Positions 56,840 through 64,000 of a DNA stretch of 64,000 nucleotides are shown here, in pieces. This DNA is from Williopsis jadinii (Eukaryota). Made by a program: the position numbers and the translations under genes. Within the stretch, counting starts at the first letter, position 1; every line of letters starts with the position of its first letter. Under the pieces are notes generated by a model. It worked only from the letters and a program-made list of their open reading frames with translations, was not told where the DNA came from and did not search any database. Location: positions 62,001-126,000 of the forward strand of contig AP024665.1 of NCBI GenBank assembly GCA_024346625.1, in the 5' to 3' direction.

Positions 56840-58456
56840 TCAGTCATGAGAGACTTCTCCCTTGAATGGAACAGAGCCTTGTCTTGGCTCTCTGGCGCTC
56901 ACAGAGAGGGTACCTTCCTTTGTGATGTTGAACACAACGTCCAAGGTGTCGGTGGTGACGTCTCTGACGGCCAACTCTGCGAGCTTCTTACCTGGGATGT
57001 AGAGCTTCTCCTTGATCACCTCTGGTTCTTCGTCTGAGTACTCATCATCGTCTTCTGGGGCTTCCGGCTCCAAGGTGGTCTCCTTGACGGTGGCCTCACC
57101 TTCGACAATGGTCAAAAGAACGTCACCCTTTGGAGAGTTCAGTGTCAAGGTCTTGCGGATTGGGTAAGTGGACTCCTGTTTCAGAACAGTGATGAACTCA
57201 CCTTCAGCACCGACCAGACCAATGGCCTTGGTCAAGTGCTGCGTGTTGATGATGACTGGGGATTGGGATTCAGCAATCTCCTCGTCGTCAAAGTTCTCCA
57301 ACAAGGAGGCTTGGATGGATGCACCACGCGCAACAAGCTCCTCTGGGTAGGTGGCCTTAGAATCAGTAGATGGGGCAATAACAGCGGTGGACTCTGGGAA
57401 AACAGCCTCGATGTTTGACGCAAGCTTTGGTGTGTTTGAAACACCACCAACGAGCAACACTTCATCAATGTCCAACACATCCAAGTTGGCTTTCTTGACA
57501 ACGGCTTCGACGAAATCGGTCATTTGGTTCAAAACGTTTCTAGCAGTCAATTCATAACGCAATCTGTTTATGGAAGAGTGGAAGTCAATACCTTCAGCTA
57601 GAGATTCAATGGAGATCGTAGCAGTGGAAACGTTTGAAAGCGTCTTTCTTGCTAAGATGGCAGCGTCTTTAAGCTTAGCTAAAGAACGAGCAGTCTTTCT
57701 TGGATCAACTTTGTACTTCTTCTCAAATTCCTTTGCAATGTATTCACTGAGAGCATCGTCCAGCTTGTCACCGCCAAGTTCGTAGTCATGGGCAGTGGCG
57801 AGTACTGTGAGAATACCACCACGGACAGAGATCACTGCAGCATCGGATCTGACACCACCAAAATCAGCAACAACATATGTCTTATCTGTGATAAGCTTAT
57901 CGTCAACAGATGTGTGTGCCAACAAGGCAGCAGATGGCTCGCTGATAAATTGAACCACTTTAAGACCGGCTTCAGAAGCGGCACTGTTCAACTCCTTCTT
58001 TTGAGCATCTGTAAAGTTGGTTGGGATGGCAATCACAGTACCTTCAACAGACTTACCCAAATAGTCTTCAGCTGCAGCTTTCAAGTTCTTCAAGTGTCTA
58101 ACAGTGATCTCCTGTGCAGTAAGCTTTAAAGCTTCCTTGTCTTCACCAATGGAGACTTCAAATCCAACAGAGCCGTTCAAATCTTGAGCCTTCGCACTCT
58201 TCTCCGTCAAAGTTGGGTCAACCTTTTCATAAGACTCACCGAGGAAGTCTCTGAAGTTGATGATGGTGTTTTGAGGGTTTCTAATCAAATGAGCCAAAGC
58301 TTGACCACCGTGGTACTCATCATCACCAATGTAAGCCAAAGCAGATGGGATCGCACGCTCACCATCTGGGTTAGCAATGACCTCGATAGAGCCGTCCTTT
58401 GATGGAGCAGCAATTGAAGATGTGGTGTTACCAAATGAGATACCAATGTAAACCAT
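56840..58456 (-). CDS. SSZ1: Atypical Hsp70 of the ribosome-associated complex
   Basis: IGISFGNTTSSIA, IANPDGERAIPS, VADFGGVRSD, truncated lid. Confidence 0.95.
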   Translation of the reverse strand: MVYIGISFGNTTSSIAAPSKDGSIEVIANPDGERAIPSALAYIGDDEYHGGQALAHLIRNPQNTIINFRDFLGESYEKVDPTLTEKSAKAQDLNGSVGFEVSIGEDKEALKLTAQEITVRHLKNLKAAAEDYLGKSVEGTVIAIPTNFTDAQKKELNSAASEAGLKVVQFISEPSAALLAHTSVDDKLITDKTYVVADFGGVRSDAAVISVRGGILTVLATAHDYELGGDKLDDALSEYIAKEFEKKYKVDPRKTARSLAKLKDAAILARKTLSNVSTATISIESLAEGIDFHSSINRLRYELTARNVLNQMTDFVEAVVKKANLDVLDIDEVLLVGGVSNTPKLASNIEAVFPESTAVIAPSTDSKATYPEELVARGASIQASLLENFDDEEIAESQSPVIINTQHLTKAIGLVGAEGEFITVLKQESTYPIRKTLTLNSPKGDVLLTIVEGEATVKETTLEPEAPEDDDEYSDEEPEVIKEKLYIPGKKLAELAVRDVTTDTLDVVFNITKEGTLSVSAREPRQGSVPFKGEVSHD

Positions 58457-58777
58457 TCTAGAGTGTTTGTAATGTTTAAGAACAAGTCCCTGTATACCCT
58501 TCAAACTGTGGAAGAGTTTTGGCCAATTTGGAAATTTTTTTTTCCCTCTTTGACTTCATCCCACCTGCTCGAAACACCTGGACACCGCCTCTATAGTACC
58601 AAGCAGCCTGAAACAATAGGTTATGTGCCCGTGCGTTAGCTGTTTTGGTACAGACACTATAAGGTAAAAGAATTCATAGCGGGAATGATGAACGACTCGA
58701 TCAAAGTACCGGGTTGATGATATTGTTTTCCATTACTGAGGAGATACTTGCTGTGTTTCCGTACTCCACAAGTCTCA

Positions 58778-60550
58778 ATGTCGCTTGTCTCTGGTGCTGC
58801 TATCCATAAGAAGAAAGTTGGTGTTGTCACGATATATGAGGATAGAACACCGTCCATTTTGCAGTGGAGAGCTGCTGATGATCCAACGGTTGTTGAGTTT
58901 GAACTGAGTACCATTCAGCACCTTCAGGCGACTGCTGCGACTTCTGAGAAGATGATGTTGAAGATTATAACAAAGAAGTCTGACGCAGATGAGCCTGTGA
59001 ACTATCTGTTCTCCTTTAACAACAGGCTGGTTATGGATAACGTGAAGGAAGCCCTGCAGCAAACTGTTGCTAGACACAAGTCTGCTCTACAGGCCGCTCA
59101 GTCTCAGAGTTCTACGCCTGCTCCAGAGAAACCGTTGATCAACACTACATTTCTGGACGAGGCACTTAATACTAAGAAGCTACTGGGGAATCATCAACTG
59201 CAACAGAAACTGCTATTGGAGAACAAAGAATTGATGTCAACTTTCAAAGAGGCTGTGATTAATCAAGGTTTAGAGGCTTCTGAATTTTGGCAAACGAGAG
59301 TACACCTGTTAAGAGCTTTTGCGTTGAGCAACTCACAGAAGAAAGGCCCATATAACGTGCTCAGTACAATCAAGACCACTGCTACTAGTGACAACCAAGT
59401 TAATGTTAGTGTAACAAGGGAAAAGATCCACGCAATTTTCGAACAGTACCCAGTTGTTAGAAAGGCATACGACGATAACGTGCCAAGGTTGAGTGAAGGT
59501 GAATTTTGGTCTAGATTCTTCAGCTCAAAGTTGCTGATGAAGCTAAAAGGTGAAAGGATAGCAACTAATCTGAGAGGTGACGTTATCTTGGATAAATACA
59601 TCAATATGGATATCGATTTTGAAAAACATGAAGACGAAAGTCTACTTCATAAAGTCAATAAGACTATTGACGTTGAAGGTAACCAGGAGGACGACTCTAC
59701 CAAACTGGGAAACGCACCAGATATTACAATGAAACCGAACGCATTGCCTGAAACGGTCAGCGCTATGAGAAGTATGAATAGGTTGAGTCATAAGATGATG
59801 AACAGTTTAGAACTGGAGTACTCACGACAGGCAACTCCAGATCTACAAAAGACTAAGGAAGAAGCAGAATTAGATAGAATCCGGGAAGAATTAATGATAA
59901 AAGATCTGGAACCAGAAAAACAAGCTGAATATGCAAAGATCTCCTTGAAACCTGATATAGATCAAAAGCAACAAACCAAACAGGTATCAAGACAAGAATT
60001 TATACAATACACTCAAAATTTGAAACGTCAATTGGATGAAGAGTTTGACTTGCACGAAGTTTACTCACCTTCAAAACGTCCAAGCATTGAAAAGGCCACA
60101 GAAAGTATTTTACAATCGGTAAGATTGAACTCCAAACAGTCAAAACAAAGCTGGCAGGTATATAGAACTCTGGAGGAACAGGAACACCATGAAGTTGAAG
60201 ATGAAACTGACCCAAATTTTGACAAGGATACTCTGGAATCCATCCGGATTACGCATGCCACCTCTGTGGAATTTTTAAGACATTTCTGGTTACATTTCAA
60301 CTCTGGTGATCCATCACAAGCATCTACGTTGAATAATTTGTACAAGTCGCTGAGGAAGTCTTATGAACGTATAGATAGTGCAGTGACAAGCATGAAAGAT
60401 GACCACTCGAAAGAGTTGTGCAAGGCATACTTCAGCTCTTTGAAGCAATCACTTTCAGTGGCTATAAAGAGATATCAAACTGAAATGACCTCGGCGCAGG
60501 CAGCAGCTGCTAATAGTACATCAGTCAACATTGTTAAAACAACTATATAG
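58778..60550 (+). CDS. TFB1: TFIIH subunit p62/Tfb1
   Basis: N-terminal PH domain (LQATAATSEKMMLKI), BSD domains (EFWQTRVHLLRA; LSEGEFWSRFFSS), GPYNVLSTIK, EFLRHFW. Confidence 0.93.
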   Translation: MSLVSGAAIHKKKVGVVTIYEDRTPSILQWRAADDPTVVEFELSTIQHLQATAATSEKMMLKIITKKSDADEPVNYLFSFNNRLVMDNVKEALQQTVARHKSALQAAQSQSSTPAPEKPLINTTFLDEALNTKKLLGNHQLQQKLLLENKELMSTFKEAVINQGLEASEFWQTRVHLLRAFALSNSQKKGPYNVLSTIKTTATSDNQVNVSVTREKIHAIFEQYPVVRKAYDDNVPRLSEGEFWSRFFSSKLLMKLKGERIATNLRGDVILDKYINMDIDFEKHEDESLLHKVNKTIDVEGNQEDDSTKLGNAPDITMKPNALPETVSAMRSMNRLSHKMMNSLELEYSRQATPDLQKTKEEAELDRIREELMIKDLEPEKQAEYAKISLKPDIDQKQQTKQVSRQEFIQYTQNLKRQLDEEFDLHEVYSPSKRPSIEKATESILQSVRLNSKQSKQSWQVYRTLEEQEHHEVEDETDPNFDKDTLESIRITHATSVEFLRHFWLHFNSGDPSQASTLNNLYKSLRKSYERIDSAVTSMKDDHSKELCKAYFSSLKQSLSVAIKRYQTEMTSAQAAAANSTSVNIVKTTI

Positions 60551-60621
60551 AGGATTGACAGACAAAAGAAAAAGAGACTTATTATGTATTAATGCAATGT
60601 TACTTTATTTACAAACAATGG

Positions 60622-62895
60622 TCAATTCATACCATTTTGTTGTTTGAATCCTTCCCAAGCAGTATTCAGTACAACAAAGATACCTTCAGCGAGCATTTTT
60701 TGTTCGCTCGTAGCATCTGGTGGAATCTTATCAGGGTGAACTTTTGCAACTGCCTTCAAATAGCAGATTTTAACCTTCTTTGGCATAACAAGATCACCCA
60801 TGCTAACCTTTTTCCATTGTGTCTCTGTCCATAGAACGGTATCCAAATTTGAAAGCAACGCACGAAGGTTATCCTCCTTACCAGTTTTCCAGCTGCTCAG
60901 TTTCTGTTCAACAACATCGTGAAGTTTGAATCTATCATCTTCAAACTGTGATTCCTTTTGTAGAGTCTCACGGATTCTATCAGATGCCTGTGATGAAGAC
61001 TGAGCAGGTGTGGCGACTCTTGGTCTTGGAGTTGCGGCCTTTGCTGGTTGTCTAGATACAGGTCTTGATGGCGCAGTGGACTTTGGTCTAGGATTTAAAA
61101 CATCGTTACAACGTTTCTTACCATCCATGACAGATTTTGTTGCTCCTCCGTTTTCAATAAGGAGTGTATAGGAGTCCAGTGCATCTTTGAACTTTTCCAA
61201 ATGTTCAAATGCCTCTGCACGTCTTGTCATGACTTTAATCCAAAAGTTCTTCATGCTTTTACCATCGATTTCTTCACCGTTACCCTTTGAAGGCCCAATA
61301 AGAGCAATTGCCTTTTCAGAAAGTTCCAGGACTCTTTTATTTTCACCAGTCTTTATGAGACAAGTAATAACATTGGATAGTGCAACGATTTGATAGACAT
61401 GACCTTCCGGTAATGCACTCAGTGAAGTTTCATAGTGCTGGAGAGCGCTGGTGAAATCTCCATTCTTGAAGGCAATACCACCTTGTTCCTTAGAGTCTTT
61501 AAAGAATTCCAACTGTGTTGATGAGATAGAAATCTGAGGTCTTTGTACTGGTTGCGGCGTGGCTTTCGAAACTGTTGATGAAGACACCGGTGTTGATCTG
61601 TTAGACCCCCTAGTAGATGGTATTGATAGTGAACTGTCGGAGAAAAGATCTACAACAGGTTGTGTTTGCTGTTTAGGCTTTGAAGGAATAGGGGAGAAAA
61701 GATCAACGTGTGATTCTTCTGGCTGATGAGACGGTGATCTCAATGGTCTCGATGGTTTCTCTGGAGGTTGTGGTGTGTATGTTCTTTTTGAAACCTGAGG
61801 TTGCGGTCTTGGTCCAGGTGCAGGTGATCTCTGTTTCGCCTTGTAGTCCCTCTCCCTTTCCAATGCCAATCTTTTCAACTCCTCTGTGGTGATTTCCTCT
61901 GGGTCATCATCGTATTGGGATTTGGCTTTATACTTTTCCGCATCTCTCATCCATGCTGGAACACCGGTCTCAGCAGGTGACGGTGCCATGAACTTCCTCT
62001 GCACTTCCATCAACTTCTTAGTGGCACCAGACATGTACTTTTGGAAAGTTTGGACGTAATCCTCACTTCCATGAGTGCCATTTTGGGTTGACTTGAGCCT
62101 TTCAGGAGGTAAACCAGCATCTGCACGAGCTTTGTTATGCGCATTTGTCATTATATAAGATACTGCTGCTTGAACATCAACACCTGCGTGTTTCAATGCC
62201 GAGTTTGACTGTTCTGGTGTGAATCCCATATCTATAAGTTCAGCCATGGCCTGGTCAAAGGCGTCATCATTGACCTGCGGCTCTGGCTGTTGAGGTCTTG
62301 GTCTGTGTGGTTTCCGTGGTGGATGATCCTGTCTCTGGGAAGGTTCTGTAGGTTGTGAGACTGGTCTTGACACTGGTTGTGATACCGGCGGTTTTGGTGG
62401 AGTATCAAACACTGAGAACAACGAATCAAAGTCGTCAGCAGGTGGTACTTTGTCCTGGTTTTGAGGCTTTGGCTGAGATATTGGATTCAAATGTGTGTGC
62501 GACTGTACAGATGGAGAAATAGCAGCTGGTTTAAAGTCAAAACTGTCCAAAAGATCGTTATTTTTTGAACCATTACTCTGGCCAAAACCTTCAAATAAAT
62601 CACCACTTAGTGGTGGCGAAGCCACCTTATTCACAGGTTTACTCTGTGAATTTGAATGAAGTAGGTCGAACCCTTCGAATAGATCAGCTTTTGAGGGGTT
62701 CACGCTCGGAATTGAACTGGAAGTCTTGTCCAATATGTCAAAATTTGACCATTGATTAACAGCTGTACCGTTAATTCCACCGCTCATGGGAGTGCTATTG
62801 TTCCCTCTAAGCCTCTGTATTTCCTGTAAAGACATTGTAGACTCATCCTTCTTCTTTGAGAAGGACAACAAATCCGCAAATTGGTCCTTCGACAT
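60622..62895 (-). CDS. SWA2: Auxilin-like clathrin-uncoating co-chaperone
   Basis: Clathrin-box-like DLF/DLL motifs, UBA (LIDMGF), TPR region, C-terminal J domain with HPDK. Confidence 0.92.
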   Translation of the reverse strand: MSKDQFADLLSFSKKKDESTMSLQEIQRLRGNNSTPMSGGINGTAVNQWSNFDILDKTSSSIPSVNPSKADLFEGFDLLHSNSQSKPVNKVASPPLSGDLFEGFGQSNGSKNNDLLDSFDFKPAAISPSVQSHTHLNPISQPKPQNQDKVPPADDFDSLFSVFDTPPKPPVSQPVSRPVSQPTEPSQRQDHPPRKPHRPRPQQPEPQVNDDAFDQAMAELIDMGFTPEQSNSALKHAGVDVQAAVSYIMTNAHNKARADAGLPPERLKSTQNGTHGSEDYVQTFQKYMSGATKKLMEVQRKFMAPSPAETGVPAWMRDAEKYKAKSQYDDDPEEITTEELKRLALERERDYKAKQRSPAPGPRPQPQVSKRTYTPQPPEKPSRPLRSPSHQPEESHVDLFSPIPSKPKQQTQPVVDLFSDSSLSIPSTRGSNRSTPVSSSTVSKATPQPVQRPQISISSTQLEFFKDSKEQGGIAFKNGDFTSALQHYETSLSALPEGHVYQIVALSNVITCLIKTGENKRVLELSEKAIALIGPSKGNGEEIDGKSMKNFWIKVMTRRAEAFEHLEKFKDALDSYTLLIENGGATKSVMDGKKRCNDVLNPRPKSTAPSRPVSRQPAKAATPRPRVATPAQSSSQASDRIRETLQKESQFEDDRFKLHDVVEQKLSSWKTGKEDNLRALLSNLDTVLWTETQWKKVSMGDLVMPKKVKICYLKAVAKVHPDKIPPDATSEQKMLAEGIFVVLNTAWEGFKQQNGMN

Positions 62896-63084
62896 TGTTG
62901 TTGATAGGTTTAATCCACCAATTATGGAAAATGGCTTAGAAAGAGAGTAAGACTTAAAGCCAAAGAAGCTGATCTGTCCACCGGTGCAACATCGAAATGT
63001 GGCGCGTATCATATAGCTCTACATTTGGTAATTACCTGTTTAGGATATTTGACAGAAATGGATTTTTACTGTTTTTTTTAGTAG

Positions 63085-63110
63085 GCGAAAACTTTTTCTC
63101 AGCTCATCAC
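63085..63110 (+). promoter_or_regulatory. RRPE-like and PAC-like elements upstream of NOP10
   Basis: GCGAAAACTTTTT and GCTCATCA. Confidence 0.5.
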
Positions 63111-63184
63111 CAAAATTCATATACTCTGTTTCTTTTCAACTTGAAACATTTGTTGAATACCTTATAGCAAATTCATTATTCACG

Positions 63185-63379
63185 ATGCATTTGATGTACA
63201 CAACTGGCGCTGATGGAAAGAGAATCTACACTCTGAAGAAGATCACGGAATCTGGTGAGATTACCAAGTCTGCCCACCCAGCTAGATTTTCTCCAGACGA
63301 CAAATACTCTAGACAAAGAGTTACTTTGAAGAAACGTTTCAACATGCTTCCAACCCAACAAGAGCCACTTAAGTACTAA
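63185..63379 (+). CDS. NOP10: H/ACA snoRNP subunit Nop10
   Basis: MHLMYT...[33 protein letters not shown]. Confidence 0.97.
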   Translation: MHLMYTTGADGKRIYTLKKITESGEITKSAHPARFSPDDKYSRQRVTLKKRFNMLPTQQEPLKY

Positions 63380-63726
63380 AAAGTTGTCACATATGGTTAT
63401 ATGGCATTGTTGTATCAGTAACATGGGGGTTAGTCTCTGGTTGAATATGATTTATATGCACTTAAGAGAGCATGGAACTGTAATTCGGCTCTCAAAGCAT
63501 CTATGGAATCACAACCATTACCTTCTCGAGCATTCTCCCTTGACAGTGGTATCACAAAAAGCCAACACAGTTACAAAATTTGTATAATAGAACTAATAAC
63601 ATCATTCTTTGGATTATGAACGTTTCTGGTTGTAGACTACATCGCCGTACTTTATTTTCCCGTTACCAATACCGTTAATTATCGAACCTGTCCAAAAATA
63701 TAAACTCCTTATCTACACAAGCCAGT

Positions 63727-63961
63727 TCACAGTGGCTTCTGCTTATTACCTGTTGCTTGTAAATTAAACTCTGCATTTGCCTGGTAGTTCTCCCACATCT
63801 GTGCAACCAACTCCATCTGTAAGTTGTCCTTGTTGGCCTCCTATGTATAAGTACAGTTAGTAGCCAAACATTCTGACCCCAAAGTTCAACTGTGGGGCAT
63901 CGCACAGTATACATACACGTAATGAGTTGTTCAATATCACAACGCTTTCATTCAGTCTCTC
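63727..63961 (-). CDS. DAD4: DASH/Dam1 complex subunit Dad4, last two exons (63961-63917, 63840-63727); 5' exon outside window
   Basis: Intron 63916-63841 (GTATGT...TACTAAC...TAG), with an upstream branchpoint TACTAAC at 63982-63976. The spliced product ERLNESVVILNNSLR/EANKDNLQMELVAQMWENYQANAEFNLQATGNKQKPL* matches Dad4 (RLNESV.ILN...NY...FNL.AT.N.K.PL). It lies near SWA2, as in S. cerevisiae. Confidence 0.9.
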
Positions 63962-64000
63962 CTTTTGTCACTGATGTTAGTAAACACAAACAAAACACTC

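Noticed and set aside
63675..63914. 79-aa minus-strand ORF
   Set aside because: It starts inside the DAD4 intron and reads the last exon out of frame.

Overview
Gene-dense nuclear DNA from a budding yeast. CTG encodes Leu at a conserved position in TPS1 (HDYHL), a respiratory complex I subunit is present, and introns are GTAWGT/TACTAAC type; this suggests a non-CTG, non-Saccharomycetaceae yeast such as Cyberlindnera/Wickerhamomyces (inference). About 28 protein genes are supported, mostly recognisable housekeeping orthologues (MDR1/GYP2, SEG1, GFA1, MRX10, DOG1, APE1, DYS1, NDUFA12, M1 aminopeptidase, ERG7, OMS1, RRP4, TRM5, INM1, TPS1, TFC1, NCP1, MSN5, RPF1, IPK1, HTD2, GIP3/HER1, a xanthine/urate permease, SSZ1, TFB1, SWA2, NOP10), plus a tRNA-Ser(AGA). 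Two spliced structures are missed by the ORF track: SEG1 exon 1 and an intron-split DAD4 at the right edge. The stand-out is at ~34.0-35.1 kb, between INM1 and an orphan RING gene: a decayed IS607-type element. It comprises a heavily degenerate serine-recombinase (TnpA) trace, a frameshifted Fanzor2/TnpB RNA-guided nuclease pseudogene with recognisable RuvC and Zn-finger motifs, and a short structured 3' tail where the omega/fRNA scaffold is expected. All family assignments come from motif recognition by eye; no searches were run.
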